Positions 22,566 to 32,862 of a stretch of 64,000 nucleotides of DNA are shown piece after piece; position 1 is the stretch's first letter; every line of letters begins with the position of its first letter. Origin of the DNA: an uncultured bacterium (lineage in GTDB: Bacteria; Verrucomicrobiota; Verrucomicrobiia; Limisphaerales; UBA8199); NCBI GenBank assembly GCA_963749495.1, contig CAVVMW010000024.1, positions 1 to 64,000 on the forward strand, in the 5' to 3' direction. The notes beneath the pieces were generated by a model that worked only from the letters and a program-made list of their open reading frames with translations, had not been told where the DNA came from and ran no database searches. Both the position numbers and the translations under genes were made by a program.

Positions 22566-25504
22566 TCCCCCTCCTGGTCCAGGCAGTGTCTGACCTGTCC
22601 GTCAAATTCATGCTCCAGCGAGACGCGGAAGAAGCCATCGGGGCCGTCCTGTGCGGCGCCCGCCTCGGGGCCGGAGGGTCCCTTGGAGAGTTTCCTGGCC
22701 TTGTCCAGGAGTTCCCGCTTTTCCTTGGCCAGCCGGGCGGTTCGTTCGGCGGCCAGGGTGCGGTCAAAGTACTTCTTTCCCTCAATCCAGGTCTGGAGGC
22801 AGGCCGTCTCCGAGTCGAGCGGGGACTTTGCCCAGAGGGCGAAATCGGCGTCCTTGCCCTGTTCCAGGGAGCCGACGCAGGAATCGATGCGGAGTTGAGA
22901 GGCGGGGTTGAGCGTCACGAATTTGAGGGCCTCGGCTTCGGGCGTGCCGCCGTACTTGAAGGCCTTGGCTGCCTCGGTGTTGAGGCGGCGCGCCAATTCG
23001 GAGGAGTCCGAGTTGAAGGAGACCAGGACGCCGCGCTCACGCATGAGGCTGCCGTTGTAGGGGATGGCGTCATAGACCTCGAACTTATAGGCCCACCAAT
23101 CCGAGAACGAAGAGGCCCCCGCCCCGTGCCGCGCGATTTCATCGGCAATCTTGTAGCCTTCGAGCACGTGCTGGAAGGTGCCGATCTTCACGCCGAACTG
23201 CTCCATCAGCCGGATGAGCATGAGGATCTCGTCCTGGCGGTAGGAGTGGCAATGAATCCAGCGTTTGCCCTGGAGGATTTCCCCGATGGCCTCCAGTTCG
23301 AGGTCGCGTCCGGGCGGGACATTGCCGGAGAGCCTGCATTGCTCGCACTGGGCCAGGTATTGCCGGGCGGCCGTGAACCGGTTGGCGATGAAGGTCCGCA
23401 CCCCCATGCGCGTCTGGGGAAAGCGCGTGACAAATCTCTCGCCCCAGCCGGACTGTTTGACGTTTTCGCCCAGGGCAAACTTGATGCCCGGCGGGGCGGC
23501 CTCGAAGAGCAGGCCCTCCGGGGGCGTGCCGTCGCGCAGCTTGATGACGCAGTTCTGGCCGCCGATGGGATTGGCCGAGCCGTGGAGGAGGTTGATGGTG
23601 GTAACGCCGCCGGCCAGTTGCTCGTAGAGGTTCCCGGTCTCCGAGTTGACCACGTCGCTGATGCGCACCATGGCCGAGGAGGGGAGCGTCGCTTCGTTGA
23701 CCGACCCGAGGATGGCGCTGTGGCTGTGGCAATCGATCAGGCCGGGCGTCACGTGCAGCCCGCTGCCATCGATGACCAGCGTATCCGGCCCCGGCTCCGT
23801 CTTGAGATATCCGACGGCCGTTATCTTCCCGCCCGAGATCGAGAGCTGGGCGTTGGTGAGGACGCCCTTGGCGCCGCAGGTCCAGATCGTCGCATCCCGG
23901 ATGAGCACGGAGGCGGGGGCGGCGAGCACCCCGCGTCCCTCCAGCGGCGAATGCGCCACCCGCGTCTTCTGGGTCTCCCGCCTTTGCTCCGCCTTGCCGG
24001 ATTTGTCTTGCCCTTTTGGGGGGGCGGGCTCGCCGGCCTGTGCGGCAACCGTGGCCGCTTTGGGTTCCAGGGCCGAAGCGGCCTTGGGCTCCTCCCCCGG
24101 CGAGCGGTAAACCCGGCCATCGATCCAAACCTCGCGCACCTTGGCGTCCGGATTGAAATAGCTGTCGCCCGCCACCACGGTCAGGTTGGCCAGCTTGCCG
24201 GCCTCGATGACTCCCAGTTGGTTGTCCACGCCGCAGAGCCGGGCAGGGACGGTTGTGAGCGCAGCCAGGGCATCGGTTTCGGACAGGCCCCGGTCCAGGG
24301 CCGACCTGAGGTTTTGGCGGAACTTTTGCTTGTCGCTCAGGCCGTGTGTGGTGAGGGCGATTTCGAGGCCCTGCTGGCGCAGCACCGCCGGGTTCTCCGG
24401 CGCCCAATCCCACGCCCGCAAAACGTCCAGGCTAACCTGTTCCCAATCCTCATCGCTGGGCAGCCGGGGCAGGGTCGGAAAATTGAGCGGCACGATGAAG
24501 GTGGCGCCCGTGGCCTTGGCCAGGTCGGGCCGGCGCCACTCCTGGCCGGAGGAAAGGAGGCAGAAGTCCAGGCCCAATTCACGCGCCAGCAGCGCGGCCC
24601 GATGCGTCATCAACACGCTGCCAGGCTCGAAGGCGACGCGCATCTTCCGGGCGGCTGCCGGGCCGAGGGCCTCCAAGGCGGGGTTGAACTCCGGCCGCTT
24701 CCGGCTCTGGGGGTGCTGCAAGTAATCCGCCCGGTCCTGCGCGTAATGCTGCGCGTCAAAGAACCTCTGGCGCACGCACGCTATGGCTCCCATCAGCGAC
24801 GCCGGATACGCCCGCTCCGGGCCCCGGGCGATGTCGAAGGAGATGTGCTGGAAAACGTCCGGCTTAAGGATGGTCTCGTTGGGAGCGGCGTCGGCCAGGC
24901 TCACCAGGGCGCTGGTCCCGCGAATGATGCCCCGCCCAGGCGCCAACACCCCAACCGTGAAACCCAGCTCGCGCAAAGGCCCCAGCTCCTTTTCTCGAGG
25001 CGCGTGATCTTTCACCGCCTGGTATTCCGGCGTAATCCTCGCTATCGCGTCGCCCGGCCCGCGAAGCCCCGCCTCGCCCCCCTGCCCTCCCACGCCGTAA
25101 AAGCTGGACCCGCCTGCCGCCAGAGTGGCGGAGGTGACCGTCTCGGACTCGACCGTGGCCACCGCCGCGTTGGTGCCCCCGAGGACCAGCCAGCAATCGA
25201 TGAACCCAGCGTAAATGGTCGTGCCTTTCATGTCCCACACCCTGGCATCCGGGGGCGCGGGCAGGTCCTTGCCAACGTCCTTGATGAGGCCGTCCCGGAT
25301 GATGATTGTCCCCCCGTCGAGCATCCCACCCGGCCGGAGGACGATTCGGCCGCCCACCAGGGCATGGGCTCCGAGGGGCACTGGACGGAAACCGGGCGGC
25401 AGCAACTCGCCCGCCCAGGAATGAAACAACAGGAAGCCGGCCTGCAGCACCGCCAGCATCCCCAACGGCATGGCGCGGCCATGCAGTCCAAAAGGCTTGC
25501 TCAT
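22562..25504 (-). CDS. Two-domain amidohydrolase-family protein
   Basis: Two amidohydrolase units; the second has IDCHSH, KFALGEN, HCHSYR, FQHVLE and NSDS. Confidence 0.88.
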   Translation of the reverse strand: MSKPFGLHGRAMPLGMLAVLQAGFLLFHSWAGELLPPGFRPVPLGAHALVGGRIVLRPGGMLDGGTIIIRDGLIKDVGKDLPAPPDARVWDMKGTTIYAGFIDCWLVLGGTNAAVATVESETVTSATLAAGGSSFYGVGGQGGEAGLRGPGDAIARITPEYQAVKDHAPREKELGPLRELGFTVGVLAPGRGIIRGTSALVSLADAAPNETILKPDVFQHISFDIARGPERAYPASLMGAIACVRQRFFDAQHYAQDRADYLQHPQSRKRPEFNPALEALGPAAARKMRVAFEPGSVLMTHRAALLARELGLDFCLLSSGQEWRRPDLAKATGATFIVPLNFPTLPRLPSDEDWEQVSLDVLRAWDWAPENPAVLRQQGLEIALTTHGLSDKQKFRQNLRSALDRGLSETDALAALTTVPARLCGVDNQLGVIEAGKLANLTVVAGDSYFNPDAKVREVWIDGRVYRSPGEEPKAASALEPKAATVAAQAGEPAPPKGQDKSGKAEQRRETQKTRVAHSPLEGRGVLAAPASVLIRDATIWTCGAKGVLTNAQLSISGGKITAVGYLKTEPGPDTLVIDGSGLHVTPGLIDCHSHSAILGSVNEATLPSSAMVRISDVVNSETGNLYEQLAGGVTTINLLHGSANPIGGQNCVIKLRDGTPPEGLLFEAAPPGIKFALGENVKQSGWGERFVTRFPQTRMGVRTFIANRFTAARQYLAQCEQCRLSGNVPPGRDLELEAIGEILQGKRWIHCHSYRQDEILMLIRLMEQFGVKIGTFQHVLEGYKIADEIARHGAGASSFSDWWAYKFEVYDAIPYNGSLMRERGVLVSFNSDSSELARRLNTEAAKAFKYGGTPEAEALKFVTLNPASQLRIDSCVGSLEQGKDADFALWAKSPLDSETACLQTWIEGKKYFDRTLAAERTARLAKEKRELLDKARKLSKGPSGPEAGAAQDGPDGFFRVSLEHEFDGQVRHCLDQEGE

Positions 25505-25693
25505 GTATAGGCGTCTATCTTACCCGCAGGGCGCGGCAAAAACAAGTTCGAGCTAAACCGCGGAGGATATGGCAGAAAGATGTCATGCTGGAAAAACAGC
25601 CCGAACTCATTTTTCTGCCATACATCCGGTTTGCCGCCATTCCGCGCCTGGAAATGAGTTGCCAAAACCGGCCGGGCTGCGAGCTTACCTGGG

Positions 25694-26362
25694 ATGATTC
25701 GCCGTGACTATATCCTGCGGATGATCGAGGAATTCATCCAGGTCTTGTCGAGGATCAATTCTCTAAAGCGGGGCCAGCTCTGGCGGGAGGCCTCCGGCGC
25801 CGTGGACGAGGAATTTCAGCGATTGGTCAGAGGCGGCGCCGCCAGGGTGGCGCAATTGAGCCAGACCGAGTTGCTGGCGCAACTCATTCAGGGTGAGCCG
25901 ACGCAGGTCGTGCGCGAGAAATCGCTGATGCTGACAGCCTTGCTCAAGGAGGCCGGCGAGGCGGCCGCCGCCCAGGGCCGCCTCGACGAGAGCCGCTCGT
26001 TCTACCTAAAGGGCCTCGATCTGCTCCTGGACACACTGGCCCGTTACGAGATCGTCGAATGCCCGGATTTTGTCCCGCGCGCCCAGACCTTCGTCTCCGC
26101 TCTCCAGGACAATGCCCTGCCGATCCAAACTCAAGCCCGGCTCATGCGCTATTACGAGATGACCGGCCAATTCGCCAAGGCCGAGGATTGCCTCTTTGCG
26201 ATGCTCGAGGCCGGGTCCGCCGATGCGGGGCTGATCGAGTTCGGGATGGCCTTCTACGATCGCCTCCGGAGCCAGAGCGACACCGCCCTGGCGGCCGGCA
26301 ATCTCCCCCGCCCGGAAGTGGAGGCCGGCCTGCGCAACCTGCGCGCAAAACGGGCCGCATGA
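25694..26362 (+). CDS. DUF6483-like helical protein
   Basis: MIRRDYILRMIE N-terminus; YYE..GQFAKAED; GNLPRPEV. Confidence 0.7.
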   Translation: MIRRDYILRMIEEFIQVLSRINSLKRGQLWREASGAVDEEFQRLVRGGAARVAQLSQTELLAQLIQGEPTQVVREKSLMLTALLKEAGEAAAAQGRLDESRSFYLKGLDLLLDTLARYEIVECPDFVPRAQTFVSALQDNALPIQTQARLMRYYEMTGQFAKAEDCLFAMLEAGSADAGLIEFGMAFYDRLRSQSDTALAAGNLPRPEVEAGLRNLRAKRAA

Positions 26363-26454
26363 TCGAAACCGGGTCTGCGGGCTAACGCCGAGGGCGCACA
26401 AGGGCAGAACAGTCTGCGCCAGGACTGGCGGCAAAAGCGGGCATCAGTGCCCTT

Positions 26455-28029
26455 TCATCCTTTGTCGAACAGCATCATTTCCGACAGGGTGGTCTTCGGA
26501 CATGAGCCTTTGGACCAGAGATGGGTCTTGGGATCGTAGCGCCAACCCCGCTGTTCCAACCGGCCGGCGAACTCACGGCGATCCAGGCTGAGGCACCCGA
26601 GGGCCCGGCGGCGCCACAACTCGATGACCACCCGGTTGAAGAGCGCCTCGCTCGTGAAGCTCGTTGTGCCATTGCCCAGGCAACTGTCGAACACCTCGGC
26701 GAGGACAAGGGACAAGTCCTGGCCGGGCGCCGGGCTGGACGGCTCGACTGGTTTCACACGCCGCGCGGGTTTGTAAAACGTCAGGATCATCTCCCCTGCC
26801 AGAACGCTGGCAGAGTTCTTCTTCTTGTGCATCGACCAGATCACATCGCCGGTCTGGGTGATGGCAGCCTTGAGCTCAGCCCCGCATTCGCTGGCGGTTT
26901 CGAGGATCGTGGCAAAGTAACTGGTGTCCCAATGCTGAAACACGATGGAGAACCAGCGGTCAGGCCGAAGCAACCGTAGAGCCACCGTGATGCTGCGGGC
27001 GAGACTGGCTTTGTAATGCTCTTCCGAGTGGCCGCGCTCGCCGCCAACGATAGTCTCCTCCTGCCCCATCTCCTCGCTGACCGCGAAACCCAGCCAATGG
27101 TTCCACAAGATGGACAGATCAAGATAGCTGATAAAGGCGCCGTAGGGCGGGTCCGTGAAGATGTAATCCACGCTGCCCGGCTTGAGAACCTCGTCCAGGC
27201 GTGCCGCATCGTGAGCCAGGGTCATGAAGTCGCGCCCGCTGTCGAGGCGCAAGCGCCCTGCGGACTGCTGCTGGCGGTAGTCGCGGAACCGCAACACCTC
27301 CTCTTTGGCGGCCAGCACGTTCAGGAGGCGCCCCTGAAAGGTCTCCCAGATCGGCAACTCCACACACTGGGAGGCGAGCTTGTAGCGGTAAATGCTGAAG
27401 ATACTGGACCCGCCTCGGCTCGCGGCCCGGCCTTTTGCGGAGAGAAAGGTCTTGTTGAGCTTGGCGACCGAGGCTGACCAAGCCAGCAACAGCAGATCCC
27501 GCACAGCGGCTGCTTCCTCGGCATCAATGGCCTGCTTGATAAGGGCCAACCCGGCCAACTGCCGAGGCGTGAACATGTCTAAGTAGAACTCCGCATCCGA
27601 GCTGCGCGGCAGCCGTATGTTCTCCGGCAGCGGGAGCCGCCGGAGAAAGCGAGCGGCCGTGTCGTCGCCTTTTTCGATTTCATCGAGCGGACCCCGGCAC
27701 AGCCTCTCGACGCGGCCGAAGGCCTCCCTGAGCGGGGCGGTCGAAGGCAAGGTTGTATCAGCGATATTTCGCGCGATAAAGTTGGCAAAAGGGTTGAGAT
27801 CGTTCTGAATCGCACGGCGGCCAAGCAGGAAGGCCTCGATACCAGTGACCCCCGTGCCCCCGAAGGGGTCCAGAACGGTGTCTCCTTCCTCTGAATAGCG
27901 CTCGAGGTAAGCGCGCACCACATTGGCGGGGCGGCGTGTGAAGTAGGGATGCACGCCGTAATGCCTGGCGTCTTCCTGCCGCGCGGCAGGAATCGCCTTG
28001 AGGATTGGTTGAACGTCACCGCGGCTCAT
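26455..28029 (-). CDS. Amino (N6-A/N4-C) DNA methyltransferase
   Basis: HPYFTRRP, motif I DPFGGTG, motif IV FTDPPY. Confidence 0.9.
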   Translation of the reverse strand: MSRGDVQPILKAIPAARQEDARHYGVHPYFTRRPANVVRAYLERYSEEGDTVLDPFGGTGVTGIEAFLLGRRAIQNDLNPFANFIARNIADTTLPSTAPLREAFGRVERLCRGPLDEIEKGDDTAARFLRRLPLPENIRLPRSSDAEFYLDMFTPRQLAGLALIKQAIDAEEAAAVRDLLLLAWSASVAKLNKTFLSAKGRAASRGGSSIFSIYRYKLASQCVELPIWETFQGRLLNVLAAKEEVLRFRDYRQQQSAGRLRLDSGRDFMTLAHDAARLDEVLKPGSVDYIFTDPPYGAFISYLDLSILWNHWLGFAVSEEMGQEETIVGGERGHSEEHYKASLARSITVALRLLRPDRWFSIVFQHWDTSYFATILETASECGAELKAAITQTGDVIWSMHKKKNSASVLAGEMILTFYKPARRVKPVEPSSPAPGQDLSLVLAEVFDSCLGNGTTSFTSEALFNRVVIELWRRRALGCLSLDRREFAGRLEQRGWRYDPKTHLWSKGSCPKTTLSEMMLFDKG

Positions 28030-28880
28030 CTAAACTTGCCCAAATATTCCCCCAATGCGGTCAATTCCACAACATCAACGTGATCCGGAGGATTGACCAG
28101 GTCGTGCTCGATGCACAACACTACCGCCCTCGGAAGATTGGTGTAGTGCAGAATCTGATAATCAAAGCGGGCGGAGCGCTTCTTGATTTCGACGGGACAT
28201 GGGTAGGGTGGGAGGCCCGAGAAGCTGAAGCTGCTCCGAGGACAGTCGTAACCCCTGGTCTGGTAAACGTCGAGGTCCAGACCGAGCAGCGAGAGCGCAC
28301 CCGCAACGCGCAGCAGATCGGCTTCATGGATGTGCTGCGCGTCCACTTGCCGGTGGCCAGCAACCACGCGGCTGATCTGTGAGGCTGCCCAGGAAATGTC
28401 CTCCGCAGACTGGCTCCGCCGCCCCTCGATTTCCTTCCTCCAGAGCTTGCTTTGATAGTCTCGATGAAATGTCAGGGGACAACTAACCTTCTCGAAGACT
28501 CGGGCACGCGTCGCGCCGCGCATAGTTATCGCGATTGGGACAAGTATAAAATGGCCCTCAGCGTGAAGGATAACCTCGACATCGATGCGCTTGAAGGGGC
28601 CTTCAGACTTGAGCCTGTACCAGTGCCGAATCGCTTCCCCGATGGATTCTTTGCCCTGGATCCGATCATGTCCAACCCTTCCTCGAACCGGCTTGCCGGC
28701 CTTCAGTTTGTGGTAGCAGCCGACCGCGGTGAATGGGCTGCTCGCGATGCCATAGGGGGTCTGCAACAGGACCGGGCAACTGCCCCGTTTGCGGAGGAAT
28801 TCACTCACGTGGTCCGGCACATCGTGGAGGTAGTACCTGAGGACCGCCGCTTGTGAGGCTGGCGTCTTTTGTTTGGGCAA
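28026..28880 (-). CDS. Putative restriction endonuclease (PD-(D/E)XK-like)
   Basis: GYDC...VEIKKRS..F..Q and VVLCIEHD; 4-nt ATGA overlap with the MTase; TTG start. Confidence 0.6.
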   Translation of the reverse strand: MPKQKTPASQAAVLRYYLHDVPDHVSEFLRKRGSCPVLLQTPYGIASSPFTAVGCYHKLKAGKPVRGRVGHDRIQGKESIGEAIRHWYRLKSEGPFKRIDVEVILHAEGHFILVPIAITMRGATRARVFEKVSCPLTFHRDYQSKLWRKEIEGRRSQSAEDISWAASQISRVVAGHRQVDAQHIHEADLLRVAGALSLLGLDLDVYQTRGYDCPRSSFSFSGLPPYPCPVEIKKRSARFDYQILHYTNLPRAVVLCIEHDLVNPPDHVDVVELTALGEYLGKFR

Positions 28881-28893
28881 TGTGCATGGCAGG

Positions 28894-31193
28894 CTAATGA
28901 GTCACCACCTCATAGATCATGCGGGGGCCTGAGCCGGATCGCCGGCGACGTCGGCGGTGAAGCAAAGCCTCTCGTCTTCGATTTTGGCGGGGACTTGGGC
29001 GAGGCGTTTGCCGCTGGGTGCGAGGGCCCAGACCTGGTATTGGGCGGGGTTGTCGAGTCGGATGCTGAGGCCGGCCTTGCCGGCGCGGACCAGGTGCGGC
29101 AACCGGCCCCAGGCCAGGAGGGTCTGCCGCGCCGCTTCGGCGTAGCGGATGCCGCTGTTCTGCAGATCGGTCAGGTGGGTGACCAGGAGGCGGCGGCTTT
29201 GGCGAATCGGGTTTTGGTCCAGGGCGCTGACCCAGACGGTGGCATCGCTGCCTTCGACGGCGATTCGCACGCCGCCGCGGGACGTTTCGATGGTCTGGCC
29301 CGCAGGGGCGTAACCGCCTGCCGTGCGCGGCGTGTCGAGCACCAGGCGGCCCTGGGGGCCGTCAATTGTGATTTCGCCGGTCTCGCTGCGGAAGAACTTG
29401 CGGGCGGGATCGGGCGGCTCGCCGGCGCCGCAGAGGCTCCGTTCCCGGAGGGCGGCGATGAGCCGATCGTTCGAGACGGAGTAGGGGTCAAGCGGCAGGA
29501 CCTGATTCGAGGGATAGGCGGAAGCGGGTGTCTGCCAGCCCAAAGGCACGAGCGCGCTCTCGGGCCGCGGCGTTTCGGGCGAGGGCAAGACCAGTGTACC
29601 GACCCGCGTGACCCAGGCCAGCCAGTGCCAGTTCGGGGCGAGAGTGGGGATCTTGGGGGCCGGTTTGGCCAGGTCGGCTTCGGTCATGGCGAGGGCGACG
29701 CTGTGGGGAGCGGGTTGGAGGTCGCCGCGCAGGAACAGGCAGAGCGAGGCGCGCTCGGCGGCCTGGCTGAGGGGGTCGGAGGCAACGTCGAAATAACCCA
29801 TTTGCGAGGGGGCGAACAGGGCCTCGCGGCTGTGGGAATAGGCAAAGCGCCAGATGCCGCCCCAGCCCTGGAGGGCGCCCATGGCGCCGGTGAGGATGCC
29901 GCCGACGCCGCGGAAGCGGCCGGGGCCGGAGTAGTTGTATTCGGTGACGGTGAAGGGTTTGTCCAGGAGGCGGGTGAAGGTGATGCTGCGGCCGCCGGCG
30001 GCGCCTTCGCTCAGGGGACTGGTATTGGGGCAGCGGCTGGGCAGGCGCCACGGGGCTTCGAGGAAGCGCGGGTGGTCCACGTAGAAATGGTCATCGACGT
30101 AGTCATAGAGGGTGCGGGCGGACTGGTCGGTGGTGAAGCGGGTCCAGGAACTGGAATTGCTGATGAGGGCGCGGCAGCCGAGTTCGTCGCGGAGGAAGGC
30201 CTTCATGCGGGACACCATGTCGCGCTCGGTGCCGGCCAGGAAGGCGATGCAGTCCCGGGAACGCAGGCCGACAGACTGGAGGTTGTCGGGCAGGGCGACG
30301 GTCCGGGCGGCGGGGTCTTCGCCGGATTTGAGGTCCTGGCCCCAGGCGGCGGCGAGGGCCTGGCGGTCCGAATACCGCCTGGCCAGCCATTGGTTCCAGG
30401 CAGTCTTCCATTCGGGGAATGTGAGGATGTCTTTGTAGAAGTTACCGAAGTTGCCTTCGTTGATCATGGCCAGCCAGGCCAGGGCCGGCTCATCGGCATA
30501 GCGGCGTTGAGTGTAGGGGTTGACGTGCCCAAGCAATGCGCGGGCGAATTTCTGCCAGTTCGCGTAGGCGCCGGCATGGACCGGGACGAGGATCTTGAAG
30601 GTGTCCATGGGGATGGGGCCGTCGCGCTCGATGCCCACCTCGCGGTAGGGGACGCTGCGGGAGACGTAGAGGTCGGTGGTGACATAGATGCCGCGGCGGA
30701 TGAGGGCCGCCACGAGGCAGTCGAACTGGTCGAGCCTCTCCGGGTTGAGCGAAGTGCTCTGGGCCTGGCCCTGGGTGAGCAGGCTCTCGTAATGATGGAT
30801 GCGCACGGCGTTGTAGCCGAACCGCGCCAGGCGCTCGGCCAGGCGCTCGGCCTGCTCCTTGGGAAGATACTGCGCGCTGAAGCAGAGGTTCACCCCGTAG
30901 AAACGCCGGGGCTGGCCGGGTGAATCGGCGAAGGCAAATTGGCCGTCCGGCCGCGCGATCACACGGCCATGCTTGCCGGCCGGGGCGTCGGTGAAGCCCA
31001 TGCCGGAAAAGTCAAGGGCCGAGCCGGGCTCGATTTCCAACTCGGGGCGCAGGGGCAGCCAGTCGGCGCCCGCGGTGATGACGGTTTGCCCGCCGGGCGT
31101 ATCGGCTGGGGCCTGCGTGGGCTCGGCTGCAGGCGAAGGGAGCGCCAACAGCATGGCTGCCAGCCAGGCGGGAGCAATGATTTTGGTTTTCAT
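28894..31193 (-). CDS. Secreted clan GH-A glycoside hydrolase (GH5-like); apparent frameshift at ~28928 near the C-terminus
   Basis: YGVNL, GYNAVRIHH, NPYT..YADEPA..INE, DHFY and VTEYN motifs. The corrected tail reads QGPRMIYEVVTH*. Confidence 0.75.
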
Positions 31194-31301
31194 ATTAAGA
31201 AGGGATGAGCTGCGGGATGTCCATAGGAACCGGGCCCGGCCAAGCCTTTCCGTGAACCGGCGCCAAGTCCAAAACGCTTCGCGCGGCGGGACGCATGAGC
31301 C

Positions 31302-32669
31302 CTACCTTTCGCTTGGGCTTGGCGGCCGGTGGCGGGGGATCTCGGCCTTGAAATCGCCCAGGCTCACCCATTGTGTGCGCCGGTTCAGGTCCACTTCCGC
31401 CACGGCCACGGTGCCCCACTCTTTGGCCTGGGCGATGATCTCGCCGCTGTGATCGAAGACGGCCGAGACCATCCAATTGCGCGAGACGTCCTCGTAGGTG
31501 CTGCTGACCAGATAGACGTGGTTTTCGCAGGCGCGGGCGCGGGCCAGCAGCGGGTTGCAGCCCCAGACCGGCCAGGCAATGACCTCGGCCCCCGCATTGG
31601 CCAGTTCCCGCGCAACCTCGGGGAAAAAGCCGTCGTAGCAGACCATCATCCCCAGCTTGCCGAACCGCGTCTCGAATACCGGGTATTGGGCGCCGGGACA
31701 CACGCCCTGTTCGACCTCGCCGCGCGGCAGGCACACCTTCCGGTACTTGCCCGCCAACCGCCCGTCCGGCCCGAGCAATACCGCGGTGTTATAGACCAGG
31801 TGCCTGTCGCGCTCGTACAATCCGGCCACGATGTAAAGGCCGTGCTTTTGGGCCAAGCCCCCGAAATACTCCGTGGACGGCCCGGGCACCGGCTCCGCCA
31901 CTTCCTCGGCCTTCTTGCCCAGGTTCACATCAGTGAGCGTCTCGCCCAGCACCACCAGGTCGGCCTTTTGCCGGGCTGCTTCGGCGATGAGCGGCTCGAA
32001 TTGGCGGCAGTTGTCCAGCGGGTTCTTGCCGCCGCTGGGGCGGTAGTGGACGGCCGCCAGGCGCACCGCGCGGGCGGGCAGCGCGGCCGACTCGCTCAAC
32101 GACACCTGGCTCCAGCGGACCTCGCCGCCGGGAGCCCATTGCAGGTGCAGCGAAACCACTGCCTGGCGCGCCCGGCTCGGGGCGTGATAGACATCCGAGA
32201 CCTCGGTCCACCCCTGGCTGTCGGCCCCGCGTGTGGTGGGGAACTCGGTCTCCGCCGTGCCGATCGAGCCTCGCAGGTAGCCTGCCACCGTCGGTTCGTC
32301 CAACGGCACGCTGCCGCTTTGGGCGTCGCGCCAATCCAGCTTCGCGACCACGCTCTGCCGCGGCACCGCCACCGAATTGGCCTGGTAGCGCGCAACAAAG
32401 CGATAGGCCTTGCCGCCCTCGACCGGATAAGTCCGGGTCCACCAGCCATCCAGCCCCTCGCGCCCGTCGGCCCGTATGATGAAGCACCCCTGCCCGTCCG
32501 CCCCGCCCTTGGGCTCGTAAGCGAAGGCGGGCCGGAGTTCCTCACGCGGGGCGCCCGTCTGCCAGCCCTCTGGGGTGCCAAAGGGAGGGGGAGAGGAGGA
32601 GGAAGGGCTGCCCTCGCTGCGGCCGATGCCCAGACCGAAGGCGAGTAAAACGAAGAAGCGAGCATTCAT
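31302..32669 (-). CDS. Secreted carbon-nitrogen hydrolase (nitrilase superfamily) with an extra N-terminal domain
   Basis: E-K-C triad motifs LVVLGE, KYRKV and VCYDGFFPE; signal peptide. Confidence 0.88.
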   Translation of the reverse strand: MNARFFVLLAFGLGIGRSEGSPSSSSPPPFGTPEGWQTGAPREELRPAFAYEPKGGADGQGCFIIRADGREGLDGWWTRTYPVEGGKAYRFVARYQANSVAVPRQSVVAKLDWRDAQSGSVPLDEPTVAGYLRGSIGTAETEFPTTRGADSQGWTEVSDVYHAPSRARQAVVSLHLQWAPGGEVRWSQVSLSESAALPARAVRLAAVHYRPSGGKNPLDNCRQFEPLIAEAARQKADLVVLGETLTDVNLGKKAEEVAEPVPGPSTEYFGGLAQKHGLYIVAGLYERDRHLVYNTAVLLGPDGRLAGKYRKVCLPRGEVEQGVCPGAQYPVFETRFGKLGMMVCYDGFFPEVARELANAGAEVIAWPVWGCNPLLARARACENHVYLVSSTYEDVSRNWMVSAVFDHSGEIIAQAKEWGTVAVAEVDLNRRTQWVSLGDFKAEIPRHRPPSPSER

Positions 32670-32750
32670 GGTCTGGAACCCTTAACATGGCAGCGCACAA
32701 AGGGGAAGCTGAAAAGGGGCGTGGCCCCGCAGGTGGAAATAAGTGGACTC

Positions 32751-32856
32751 AAAGAAAGGGACAAAAGGGACAGAAAGGACAAAAGCGACGCCAGGATGCG
32801 GGTCCATCCTGCCGCATCTGGCCGCCTCTTCGTTTTCTTCGTTTCCTTCTGTTAAA
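32751..32856. repeat. Degenerate 9-nt-periodic repeat pair
   Basis: aaagggacaaaagggacagaaaggaca ... ctcttcgttttcttcgtttccttctgttaaa. Confidence 0.55.
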
Positions 32857-32862
32857 GGGCCC

